A stretch of DNA of 64,000 nucleotides from a phage. A program made the position numbers and the translations under genes. Shown piece after piece: positions 27,528-36,209 of the stretch (position 1 is its first letter; every line of letters starts with the position of its first letter). The notes under the pieces were generated by a model that saw only the letters and a program-made list of their open reading frames with translations, was not told the origin of the DNA and did no database searches. The stretch is taken from the sequence record NC_102531.1; one strand, written 5' to 3'.

Positions 27528-28241
27528 ATGCTGAATACCAAATTGATTGACAACCTGGAAAAACTGTCCCAACCTGAAAACTACCTTTGGTCTGCTAACT
27601 GGGTGGAAAACTGGAACCGTGTGGCAGCTAAAGTGAAAAAATCATACACACCGTTCGAATTACAGCTTAGCTTCATTGAGGAAGAGTTCAATGAAGTTTT
27701 GGAAGAGCTGGAGAAAGGTGATGGTGGAGATCACCTGCTAAAAGAGGCCTGCGATCTTCACGTTGTCACAAGTTATGCCGCTTATCTTGTTAATGACAAT
27801 CACGAAAAGTGGTCAAGCCTGTTTGATAATCCACGAGGCCTTAAGTTCAAGATCGGTGAGTTCTATGATACCCTGATCGCTGCGAAAAACACACCTAAGC
27901 AAAGAGCGTCAGCTTACCGCTTAGCGGAGTTGTCAACAGCTTTGCTGTTCCAGCTTCGCGGCGATGTGTGCGGGATGATGCGTAAGGTTCTCAAATCGAA
28001 TGACAGCAAGTTTGCAAAGATTAACCATCTACGGTATTCACACGGTGCCAGTGCAGATATGCCTGCTGAACAACTCGTAGAGTTGGAGATTAAAGATCTT
28101 GAGCGACGCTTTGATGGTCGATATGAAGGTTTTGTTGCTAAGGAAGAATTCTACAACGGTAATAAAGTTATCATATTCCTTGACAGTAAAGGTAAGATCA
28201 TGAAGCCTTCAAGCTTCAAGGATGTAACAGAGTATATTTAA
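27528..28241 (+). CDS. MazG-like nucleotide pyrophosphohydrolase domain protein (N-terminal) with uncharacterised C-terminal half
   Basis: EEEFNEVLEELEKGDGGDHLLKEACDLHVV resembles the MazG/HisE all-alpha E-x2-E...E-x2-D metal-binding signature; 237 aa. Confidence 0.4.
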   Translation: MLNTKLIDNLEKLSQPENYLWSANWVENWNRVAAKVKKSYTPFELQLSFIEEEFNEVLEELEKGDGGDHLLKEACDLHVVTSYAAYLVNDNHEKWSSLFDNPRGLKFKIGEFYDTLIAAKNTPKQRASAYRLAELSTALLFQLRGDVCGMMRKVLKSNDSKFAKINHLRYSHGASADMPAEQLVELEIKDLERRFDGRYEGFVAKEEFYNGNKVIIFLDSKGKIMKPSSFKDVTEYI

Positions 28242-28248
28242 CAACATA

Positions 28249-28275
28249 GCCGGGATCACCCGGCTTTACTTGTTG
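28249..28275 (+). terminator. hairpin plus weak U-tract
   Basis: AGCCGGG-atca-CCCGGCT followed by TTACTTGTTG. Confidence 0.35.
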
Positions 28276-28283
28276 TGGAAAGT

Positions 28284-28613
28284 ATGCAAGTGAGGCAGAT
28301 AGTTATGTACAAGCACTCCAGAGATCTTGAAAACGATGCTGTGTTTGGGGATCAGATGAAAGAGTTGGTTAAACTCATAGGCAGAATAGAGGATAAGTTT
28401 GACACTAAGATCTACATCGACAGCAAAGTATTCAACCACAAAATATGGACAAATCTGTGTGTTGGACTACATGGAGATAAAGATGTGGTAAATTTAGTTG
28501 TAATTAAGTTCATAGTGTGGCAGAATAAAACTATAAATTATTACGATCCACACCTGCTGGTTTACCCGATAAAAGACCTATTAGATAAGGAGGACTGCAA
28601 TGCCGTTATTTAA
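28284..28613 (+). CDS. hypothetical protein
   Basis: ORF with ATG 28284 (track start 28275 is GTG). Confidence 0.4.
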   Translation: MQVRQIVMYKHSRDLENDAVFGDQMKELVKLIGRIEDKFDTKIYIDSKVFNHKIWTNLCVGLHGDKDVVNLVVIKFIVWQNKTINYYDPHLLVYPIKDLLDKEDCNAVI

Positions 28614-28869
28614 TCTTGCTAAACCTGTAGAAGCACACCAGTTTGACGGAAGCTCTTCATCAGTATCTGATCTGCAACGGTGGATTGATACAGGTGTGTT
28701 TACATCGTCACCTGTTCGGACCAGAGATCTTCGTCGCATGTGTGAGCTTGTAGAGCCGTTTGGTAACCTAGTCTTGTACCATGGAGATTGGTTAGTTGAC
28801 TTTATGGGAGACTGGTTGGTAATGAGTAAAGAAGAGATGTTTAAAATTTTTAAGGAAGAGGCCGAGTAA
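28600..28869 (+). CDS. hypothetical protein
   Basis: 89 aa, AAGGAGG RBS. Confidence 0.45.
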   Translation: MPLFNLAKPVEAHQFDGSSSSVSDLQRWIDTGVFTSSPVRTRDLRRMCELVEPFGNLVLYHGDWLVDFMGDWLVMSKEEMFKIFKEEAE

Positions 28870-30152
28870 TGCATCAAATCAAAACAACACTGTACGCACT
28901 GAATAAAGATGGCAGCTACCAACAGTGGAAAGTATTCACGGATGGTGATAAGGTTATCGTAGAGTTTGGCAAGCTTGATGGTAAACTGCAATACAAAGAG
29001 ACGATCTGCACACCTAAGAACGTGGGTCGCGCCAATGAAACTACAGCTGAGCAACAGGCCGAGCTGGAAGCGATCAGTAAGTGGGAAAAACAGGTCCGAC
29101 TTGGGTACGTGGAGAGTATGGAAGATTGTGAGCAAGGTGTTGATCTTCTACCCATGTTGGTGCATGACTACCTGAAGCGTGGCAAGGCACTTAAATTACC
29201 TTGCTGGATCTTGCGTAAGTTAGATGGCCTTCGTCTACTTGTTGTTTTCCAGAATGGTGAGCCTAAATTTATTTCCCGTGGTAATAAGTCCTACCCTATT
29301 CAAGGGAAGCTTCTGGAGCAACTTCGCTCTTTCCACCTAACCACCGGGATTAAACAGCTCGACGGAGAGCTCTATATTCATGGTCTGCCTCTGCAGAAAA
29401 TAGTATCTCTTGCTAAACGGTGGCGCACACAGGAAGAAATTCAGGCCGAGATCGATAAAGACTACGAGGCAGATAAAAAACGCCGTCAGGCTGCGATTAA
29501 AGCAGGTTTAGCAACATACAAAAACTTCAACAAGATGGACATTCCTGTTGATGTTGAGCCTGTTCGTGATGATTTGCGTTACGGAGGGTACTGCAGCTAC
29601 GACTTAGAGTATCATATTTTCGATATTCCTAGCGATAAGGTGTGGTGGGATCCTGAAACAGAGTCTGGACGCTGTAAGGATCTTATGGAGGCAAATGGTG
29701 CTATTGCTTCTTTGATGCTTGATCATATTAAGGTTGTTGATGCAGAGCTTGCATACACAGTTGATCGGTGCGAAGAGTCTGTTGGTATATTTATGTCTGA
29801 GGGATATGAAGGTACCATTATGCGTAACTTCTGTGGTAAATATGAGTATGGTCAGCGAACATCTGAAGCATTGAAATGGAAAAAGTTCAACGACGCAGAG
29901 GTGAAAGTTATTGACGTTGAGAAAGATAAGAATGATGAAGGTGTTCTTATCTGTGTTGACAAGGAAGGTGTTGTTGTTAAAATGAAGATGAAAGGCACGC
30001 ACGAGGAGCGTAGCTATGACAGGATGCAGGAAATGATCGGCAAGTTTATCACCTTCAAATACCAAGCAAGGACAGAAGACAACAACTACCAATTCCCTGT
30101 CGGTATCTGCGTTCGAAATGTTAACCCAGACACTTGGGAGGTGCTGGAATGA
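28869..30152 (+). CDS. ATP-dependent polynucleotide (DNA) ligase
   Basis: 427 aa; nucleotidyltransferase motif I KLDGLR (KxDGxR); TAATG overlap with upstream gene. Confidence 0.6.
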   Translation: MHQIKTTLYALNKDGSYQQWKVFTDGDKVIVEFGKLDGKLQYKETICTPKNVGRANETTAEQQAELEAISKWEKQVRLGYVESMEDCEQGVDLLPMLVHDYLKRGKALKLPCWILRKLDGLRLLVVFQNGEPKFISRGNKSYPIQGKLLEQLRSFHLTTGIKQLDGELYIHGLPLQKIVSLAKRWRTQEEIQAEIDKDYEADKKRRQAAIKAGLATYKNFNKMDIPVDVEPVRDDLRYGGYCSYDLEYHIFDIPSDKVWWDPETESGRCKDLMEANGAIASLMLDHIKVVDAELAYTVDRCEESVGIFMSEGYEGTIMRNFCGKYEYGQRTSEALKWKKFNDAEVKVIDVEKDKNDEGVLICVDKEGVVVKMKMKGTHEERSYDRMQEMIGKFITFKYQARTEDNNYQFPVGICVRNVNPDTWEVLE

Positions 30153-30276
30153 TGTAGGAAGGTTCAGTAGGTAACGGTAGCCAATTGAATGATGGTTTTT
30201 CAATTGGAACCTACATAACCACACCATGCAGTGTTGTTGATCGGGTTAGTTATGAGTAAACTGGAGAGTATGAAAA

Positions 30277-30747
30277 ATGAAACTTGATAAAAATGTTCAA
30301 CGAAAAGCTTTCTTGGATATGATCGCATATTCGGAAGGCACAGATAATGGTAGACAACCTACCAAGGATCGGGGATACGATGTCATAGTCGGAGGCAAGC
30401 TGTTCAGCGATTACAGCAAGCATCCCGGTGTTTACGTTAAGCTAAATGCTAAACTTACCTCCTCCGCTGCTGGGCGTTACCAGGTTTTGGAGAAGTTTGC
30501 TAAGCACTACATGAAACAGTTAGGATTACCAGATTTTGGCCCTGCCAGTCAGGACAAGATTGCGTTGCAACTGATTCGTGAGTGCAAGGCTCTCGTCGAC
30601 ATTGACGAAGGGCGTATCCACGAAGCTATCCGCAAATGCCGTTCCCGCTGGGCTTCGTTACCCGGTGCCGGATATGGTCAGCATGAACAGAAGATCGAGA
30701 AGTTGATCGAGGTGTTTAAAAAGGCAGGCGGCATTGTCCTGGATTGA
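30277..30747 (+). CDS. endolysin, lambda R-type lytic transglycosylase
   Basis: N-terminus NVQRKAFLDMIAYSEGTDNGRQPTKDRGYDVIVGG closely parallels lambda R NNQRKAFLDMLAWSEGTDNGRQKT...GYDVIVGG (recalled). Confidence 0.85.
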   Translation: MKLDKNVQRKAFLDMIAYSEGTDNGRQPTKDRGYDVIVGGKLFSDYSKHPGVYVKLNAKLTSSAAGRYQVLEKFAKHYMKQLGLPDFGPASQDKIALQLIRECKALVDIDEGRIHEAIRKCRSRWASLPGAGYGQHEQKIEKLIEVFKKAGGIVLD

Positions 30748-30750
30748 TCA

Positions 30751-30779
30751 TTGACATAACCACACGGACGTGGTATTGT
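30751..30779 (+). promoter_or_regulatory. sigma70-like promoter
   Basis: TTGACA - 17 nt - TATTGT. Confidence 0.45.
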
Positions 30780-30810
30780 TGCCTTATGAAATGTTCAGTA
30801 GGGTTTAACC

Positions 30811-31017
30811 ATGAAAGATTTTCTGTTGGCAATTTTGTTCATGGCAGCATGTCTGGCCTGTGGTGTTGTGTTTGCAGGTGAAACAGCGTATCTTGTCGAT
30901 GTATATCGGGACAATGGTAAACGTATTTGCCTTTATGAGACAAGTCAAGGTGAGCTATACGAGCTTGTGAAACAAGGCGAGGCTGGATCTTGTCCTCGGA
31001 CTCACTTCTTCGAATAA
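30811..31017 (+). CDS. small secreted or membrane-anchored protein
   Basis: 68 aa with N-terminal hydrophobic segment LLAILFMAACLACGVV. Confidence 0.4.
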   Translation: MKDFLLAILFMAACLACGVVFAGETAYLVDVYRDNGKRICLYETSQGELYELVKQGEAGSCPRTHFFE

Positions 31018-31027
31018 GGTTGGTAAT

Positions 31028-31246
31028 ATGGCTTTAGAAGGCACCGATTATATTCACGATTACCGTGGGAGTGCAGTGTATGTAGGTGATACTGTTGCAG
31101 TATACTACGGTTATGGTTCCCTGGAAACAGCGAAGGTCATACAGATCAAGAATGACCGTGCTAGGCTTGAAGTTTATTACTCTAATGGCGAAAGATCGAT
31201 TTCTAAGTGGAAAGATGGTCATTGTATGGTCAAATTGGAGGACTGA
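31028..31246 (+). CDS. hypothetical protein
   Basis: 72-aa ORF. Confidence 0.4.
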   Translation: MALEGTDYIHDYRGSAVYVGDTVAVYYGYGSLETAKVIQIKNDRARLEVYYSNGERSISKWKDGHCMVKLED

Positions 31247-31710
31247 TGGAAGACGGACGTTTAATGAAGTCTGAACGCAGGCTTATTGTGCAACTGATCC
31301 CAGAAACAGCTTGGTATAATAACCTCCGAAACGCTGTGAAGAAGAGTGAGTGGGATAAGATCCGTAAGAAGTGCTACAGAGAAGCCAACTACACTTGTGA
31401 GGTGTGCGGCGGTAAAGGCAGCAAACATCCAGTGGAGTGTCATGAACTTTACACTTTCGAAGAGGGAGTGATCCGGCTTGTAGGACTGATAGCGTTGTGC
31501 CCAGATTGTCACACATCGGTACATCCTGGGTTAGCAAATATCCGTGGAAAGTATGCTCAGGCAGTTAGTCAGTTAGCTAAGGTGAATAAGATCACCAAGG
31601 GTATGGCAGAGGCGTATTACCGAGACTGCTTTGCAGAGTGGCGTGAGCTTAGTAAAGTTCCAGAATGGAAGACTGACTTTTCGTGGATAGAGGGTTACCT
31701 TGATGGCTAA
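31246..31710 (+). CDS. zinc-binding HNH-like protein
   Basis: ATGA-overlap start with GGAGG RBS; CEVCGG...HPVECHE...LCPDCH cysteine/histidine pattern. Confidence 0.4.
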   Translation: MEDGRLMKSERRLIVQLIPETAWYNNLRNAVKKSEWDKIRKKCYREANYTCEVCGGKGSKHPVECHELYTFEEGVIRLVGLIALCPDCHTSVHPGLANIRGKYAQAVSQLAKVNKITKGMAEAYYRDCFAEWRELSKVPEWKTDFSWIEGYLDG

Positions 31711-31993
31711 GAGACCTGTAAAAGAGAAATTCGATAAGACAGCTTTTGTATTCGATACACCTCTGGACGATATCATCAGAGGTATGCAAGCCTTGTATCG
31801 GAAGGCTGAATCTGAGCAGTTGTCTGAATCAGAACTTTACTGGCTTAGTTGGTGGGAGTTAAACCTGCCTAAAGCTGAAAGTTCTTGTCTGAGAACTGTT
31901 AAAACGTGCGCCCAAGAAAACGCTGCACTTGGAATCTACCACAAAAGGAAAAGATCAACAAAAAGCTCTCCAAGAAAGACTAAAAAGTCTTGA
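31703..31993 (+). CDS. hypothetical protein with basic C-terminus
   Basis: ORF; C-terminal KRKRSTKSSPRKTKKS. Confidence 0.4.
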   Translation: MAKRPVKEKFDKTAFVFDTPLDDIIRGMQALYRKAESEQLSESELYWLSWWELNLPKAESSCLRTVKTCAQENAALGIYHKRKRSTKSSPRKTKKS

Positions 31994-32019
31994 CAAAAGT
32001 GTTATTAATCTGATATTAT
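31990..32019 (+). promoter_or_regulatory. sigma70-like promoter
   Basis: TTGACA - 17 nt - ATATTAT followed by AGGAGA RBS and ATG 32053. Confidence 0.6.
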
Positions 32020-32052
32020 CGGTCAGATATCTATAAACTAGGAGAACTAGAT

Positions 32053-32361
32053 ATGCTTAAAATTTTTATTGTTGAAGATAAAGATATTGTCCAGTTGTAT
32101 GCAAACGAGAATCATAAAGGTATGATTCTGAAGAAGGCAAGCAACCTTCATGAAAACACAATTCAACCTGGCGATGTAATTAAGATCTGTGGTTATATGA
32201 TACCAGACTCCTTGATGAAAATAACCCACCACTGGGGGTCTAATCCGTTCCTTTTTGAAAAGTATTGGGATGTTGAGTCACTTATTGCAGAGAGTGATGA
32301 TGCATTCCATTACAGCATCCAACCATCTTGCAGAATAACTAACAGGAGGGTCTTTGAGTAG
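32053..32361 (+). CDS. hypothetical protein
   Basis: 102-aa ORF downstream of a consensus promoter. Confidence 0.5.
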   Translation: MLKIFIVEDKDIVQLYANENHKGMILKKASNLHENTIQPGDVIKICGYMIPDSLMKITHHWGSNPFLFEKYWDVESLIAESDDAFHYSIQPSCRITNRRVFE

Positions 32362-33493
32362 AGAATATCCACTTATTGAGTCCATAGATTGTCTGGCTGA
32401 TCTTCTTGAACCTGACGCTATAGTTTATTATGACTTCGATCAGGTTGCATATCAAGCTGCAGCAAGTTGTGAAAAAAGGACAATTGAGGTAACACACAAA
32501 GCCTCCGGACGTAAGAAGATGTTTAAAACACGAACAGAGTTCTGGGGGCGGCAGAAGAACACCGTTGGTGGTTGGTTAAAAGCTGAGAATACCAACCGTG
32601 AAGCTGCATGTAAAAAGGCTGGCAAGGAGTTTATTCCGTGGACACGAGAAGATTTCGATGTCTTGGATATCCAAACCCCTGATCCTGTAGAGAACTGCTT
32701 GCACACAATTAAGTGTAAAGCTAATGCAGTCCTTAATTATCTCGGTATTCCGGAAGATCGGTGCGTGGGGGTACTTGGAGGCACAGGTAATTTCAGACTA
32801 GATCTTCCCATGCCGGAAAGATATAAAGCCAACCGTAACAATACTCTTCGACCACTGCTGCTTGGAGATGCAAGACAGTATCTCCAAAAGCAGTATAATG
32901 CTCAAGTGATCAACGGTATCGAGGCTGACGACTGGTTAGCTATCCAGCAATTTGAAGGTTGGAATCACTACCAAAAAACAGGTAAGTTCAACAAGTTTAT
33001 TATCTCTATTGATAAGGACCAAAGAACACTACCGGGGCTTGTGTTCGATCCTATGCGAAACGATAAGGGGGATTTTGTAAGGGAAACCCCTATGCTGATC
33101 GATAACGGTATGGGGAACATCTTCATGAAGCCTAATGGAGAGGTTGGTGGTTACGGAATGCTGTTCTTCGGATACCAAATGCTGTGTGGTGACTCTGCTG
33201 ACAACATCAAGCCGTATCAAGGACTTATCGGTAAGGGTAAGTTCGGAGATGCCTCAGCATTCTACCTACTGTCTCAGTGCAGCACTCCAAAGGAGATGTG
33301 GGTGGCTATTATTGATCAGTACAAGAAGTGGTTCCCGAAAGGTGTTGTTAAGTATACTGACTTCAATGGTATTGATCGTAGAATTTCCGTAGGTCAATGG
33401 ATGAGTATAATTTTTGACTGTTTGTATATGAAGCGAACATTCAATGATCAAACAAAACTTGTTAACGTTCTTAGAAATGTTGGAGCAATTTGA
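32354..33493 (+). CDS. 5'-3' exonuclease / flap endonuclease (Pol I 5'-nuclease, T4 RNase H-like)
   Basis: YKANR, GIEADD, ISIDKDQ and GDSADNIKPYQGLIGKGKFG correspond to FEN-family metal-binding and helix-hairpin-helix motifs. Confidence 0.7.
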   Translation: MSREYPLIESIDCLADLLEPDAIVYYDFDQVAYQAAASCEKRTIEVTHKASGRKKMFKTRTEFWGRQKNTVGGWLKAENTNREAACKKAGKEFIPWTREDFDVLDIQTPDPVENCLHTIKCKANAVLNYLGIPEDRCVGVLGGTGNFRLDLPMPERYKANRNNTLRPLLLGDARQYLQKQYNAQVINGIEADDWLAIQQFEGWNHYQKTGKFNKFIISIDKDQRTLPGLVFDPMRNDKGDFVRETPMLIDNGMGNIFMKPNGEVGGYGMLFFGYQMLCGDSADNIKPYQGLIGKGKFGDASAFYLLSQCSTPKEMWVAIIDQYKKWFPKGVVKYTDFNGIDRRISVGQWMSIIFDCLYMKRTFNDQTKLVNVLRNVGAI

Positions 33494-33825
33494 TGACTAA
33501 AAATTCTGTAGATAACGCAATTATGGAAGCTGTTTTTGAGGATGATCACACAACAGGGACACTTAAAACAAAAAATACATTCGTTGTTGCCACAGGTATG
33601 TGGCGGTTGTACGAAGATGACACCATTTCATACATCCTGTACACGGATGATTACGCAGATGACCGTGTATGGTCTGCTGTTTTAAAAGAGGATTGTGAGC
33701 TGATTGAGGGCGAGCGGTTATGCATGTTCACCAGTGTGGAAACAGATGTTAAGCTTTGCTCTCTCGTCTTGTTCAAAGATAAGGCTTATGCTCCTGATGA
33801 AGGAGAGGAGGATGAGGAAGCATGA
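33493..33825 (+). CDS. hypothetical acidic protein
   Basis: ORF with TGATG overlap; C-terminal EGEEDEEA. Confidence 0.4.
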   Translation: MTKNSVDNAIMEAVFEDDHTTGTLKTKNTFVVATGMWRLYEDDTISYILYTDDYADDRVWSAVLKEDCELIEGERLCMFTSVETDVKLCSLVLFKDKAYAPDEGEEDEEA

Positions 33826-34451
33826 GAGAGCGTCTATTATCCATAGACCAGTCGTTGACACACACAGCTTGCGTTGTATGGGACGATGGAAAGCCTGTTC
33901 ATAAGGTTGTGTTACGAACTCAAAGCTCATCTGCAAAAGAGAAGAAACCAGGGACGGTTTCTTTTGCAACAGCTGCTGAGCGTATTGACTGGATCTGCAA
34001 ACAGGTCAGATATTATATCCACACGCACGGCGTTGACACCGTAGTTATGGAAGGGCTTTCCTTTGGATCACGCGGGGATGCCACACGTGAACTGGCCGGG
34101 TTGTTTTACGGTCTTGAAATTATGCTTTGGGATGCCTTAGCTGATTGTGCAAATGACGGCCTGTTTAAGGTCCACACAGTGACACCAACAACCGCCAAAA
34201 AGTTTGCTCGCAGTCATCTTCCTGAAGAACTTGCTTTTGAGGAGAAGAAAAAGCTTGACAAAAAGACAGGTAAAGAGCATACTGTGAAGAAACCTGTTAC
34301 AATGGATAAAAAGTTGATGGTTAAGGCCTGCGAAGTATCTGAACCTGGGTTCCTAGACGGAATCAATTTGGTACAAGGTAAGGCCGATCTCGCAGATGCT
34401 TATTGGATAGGCAGGGCTCATCTGGAGGGATTATCGCAAAGCGTAAAATAA
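33822..34451 (+). CDS. RuvC-like Holliday junction resolvase
   Basis: N-terminal LLSIDQSLTHTACVV (Asp), central VVMEGLSFG (Glu), C-terminal KADLADAYWIG (Asp pair) in RuvC-fold order. Confidence 0.5.
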   Translation: MRERLLSIDQSLTHTACVVWDDGKPVHKVVLRTQSSSAKEKKPGTVSFATAAERIDWICKQVRYYIHTHGVDTVVMEGLSFGSRGDATRELAGLFYGLEIMLWDALADCANDGLFKVHTVTPTTAKKFARSHLPEELAFEEKKKLDKKTGKEHTVKKPVTMDKKLMVKACEVSEPGFLDGINLVQGKADLADAYWIGRAHLEGLSQSVK

Positions 34452-35008
34452 GAAAGAAAGCTGTCAAAGCCCCAGTTCATAACGGGTGGTTAAAAGATTC
34501 TAAGGACATAGCCAACTTTCGAAAAGAATTGTCAGAGGAGCAGGATGGTCTTGATCCGATCTTGTGCGAGCCACTTCGTAAGCCTTGTTTAGATCATGAT
34601 CATCTGACTGGTCGTTGCAGGGGTGTTTTGTCTCAATGCACTAATACCTTTGAGGGGTATGTGCTTAAATACTGGATGAAATACTGTAACGAGTATACAG
34701 ATTGCAGTTTATCAGAGGCGTTGCGCCGGATGGCTGACTATTTGGAGAAAGACTACAGCGACTTCCCGCTCCACAAAAACTACAGAGATGATATGACAAA
34801 GTTCTTGAGGAGATGCTCTAAAGCTACGATTATTGCACGAGCAGAATCTGATCTCAATCTTGTCATTAATCCAGAGTGCACCAAGCATGAGGCTATTGAG
34901 TTCTACATGCAGGAGTTTATAAAGAAAACTGAGGAGAGAGATTTCTATGGGGATGAAAAAGGTATTCAATCCTTGCGACTCAGTCCTGATCAGGATGAAA
35001 TACCGTAA
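34403..35008 (+). CDS. endonuclease VII / HNH-family nuclease (start uncertain)
   Basis: CLDHDHLTGRCRGVLSQCTN resembles the Endo VII core also seen in the intron ORF; track start is TTG with no clear RBS. Confidence 0.45.
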   Translation: MDRQGSSGGIIAKRKIRKKAVKAPVHNGWLKDSKDIANFRKELSEEQDGLDPILCEPLRKPCLDHDHLTGRCRGVLSQCTNTFEGYVLKYWMKYCNEYTDCSLSEALRRMADYLEKDYSDFPLHKNYRDDMTKFLRRCSKATIIARAESDLNLVINPECTKHEAIEFYMQEFIKKTEERDFYGDEKGIQSLRLSPDQDEIP

Positions 35009-35168
35009 CTGGAAAGGTGTTGTTGCAGATCGCTGCGTTACTGAGCCTAATTTATGGTTTGGCTCTACAGAGTATCATAAAGAAGAGCAGTGGTTGATGC
35101 ATGCCTTTGATGTAGACAAGGGCGAATATCGTGACTTCGCTTTAAAAGACATTCTTCAGTTTTACTAA
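34995..35168 (+). CDS. hypothetical small protein
   Basis: Short ORF, start ambiguous. Confidence 0.25.
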   Translation: MKYRNWKGVVADRCVTEPNLWFGSTEYHKEEQWLMHAFDVDKGEYRDFALKDILQFY

Positions 35169-35180
35169 GGAATCTTGACG

Positions 35181-36164
35181 ATGATGACAAAGTTAACTCT
35201 TGAGCAAATTTTAACACTAAAGCAACAGGGATACACTAATAGACAAATTGCTCGTGAATTTTTAGGCCGTGAGTCACGTGAGAGCTGGATCCGACTACAG
35301 CTTAAACGTGCACAAGAGAATATGTCAGAGATTGTAGGAGAAGCAACGGAGCGCTTCCTTGAAGAGCACAAAGGTGCTAAAGTTTGGGTGTATGATACAG
35401 AAACATCCCCAACAAACGGCTGGTTCTTTGGGCACTATAAGACCAACATTCAAACCTGTGGTATTGAAGTTATGCCCTATATGCTAACTTTCGCAGGTAA
35501 GTGGTTAGACAGCCCTAGTGTGGTTGACTGCGCTCTTCCCGATTACAAAATGTGGGATGAGGATATTCACAATGATCTCGAATTGATTCAGGATTTGTGG
35601 TATTATCTGGATAAATGTGATGTCGCAGTAGCCCACAATTCAGGTTTTGACTGCGGGTGGGCCAACCAACGATTTGCATTTCACGGGTTGCCTCCAACAA
35701 GCCCCTACAAAGAGGTTGACACCCTTAAAATGATCAAGAAGGCATTCCGTTTGAATGCAAACACTTTGGAGTATGCATGCAAATACTTCCAACTTGCCCG
35801 ACAGAAACTGATTGACCACACATTTGAAATGTGGATCAAGTGTGTTCACGGTGACCTTGAGGCGTTTAAACAGATGCGGGAGTACAATGTTGGTGATATC
35901 TTGTCTCTGGAAGGCCTGTATTTGCTGGCTCGCCCGTTTACTAAGCAGCACCCAAATATGTCATTGTACTATCAAGACGAGGAGCCAAAAGTTCGTTGTC
36001 CACGCTGTGGTGGAGAACACCTTCACGAGGAAGAAGCTTTGGCGTATACTCAACTGAGCGCATTTAAAACATACCGCTGCGAAGGTTGTGGATCTGTTGT
36101 TCGTGATCGTAACAACATCCGTACCAGAGAAGAAATGAAAAACACCCTGATTCAGATAATCTAA
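35181..36164 (+). CDS. DEDD-family 3'-5' exonuclease with N-terminal HTH-like segment
   Basis: VYDTETS, AHNSGFD and YNVGD match DnaQ-like exonuclease motifs; N-terminal QQGYTNRQIAREF resembles an HTH. Confidence 0.55.
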   Translation: MMTKLTLEQILTLKQQGYTNRQIAREFLGRESRESWIRLQLKRAQENMSEIVGEATERFLEEHKGAKVWVYDTETSPTNGWFFGHYKTNIQTCGIEVMPYMLTFAGKWLDSPSVVDCALPDYKMWDEDIHNDLELIQDLWYYLDKCDVAVAHNSGFDCGWANQRFAFHGLPPTSPYKEVDTLKMIKKAFRLNANTLEYACKYFQLARQKLIDHTFEMWIKCVHGDLEAFKQMREYNVGDILSLEGLYLLARPFTKQHPNMSLYYQDEEPKVRCPRCGGEHLHEEEALAYTQLSAFKTYRCEGCGSVVRDRNNIRTREEMKNTLIQII

Positions 36165-36168
36165 CAAT

Positions 36169-36200
36169 TATAGGGAGGCTTGTGCCTCCCTTTTCCTTTT
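36169..36200 (+). terminator. rho-independent terminator candidate
   Basis: AGGGAGGC-ttgt-GCCTCCCT followed by TTTCCTTTT. Confidence 0.55.
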
Positions 36201-36209
36201 GGAGGCACT

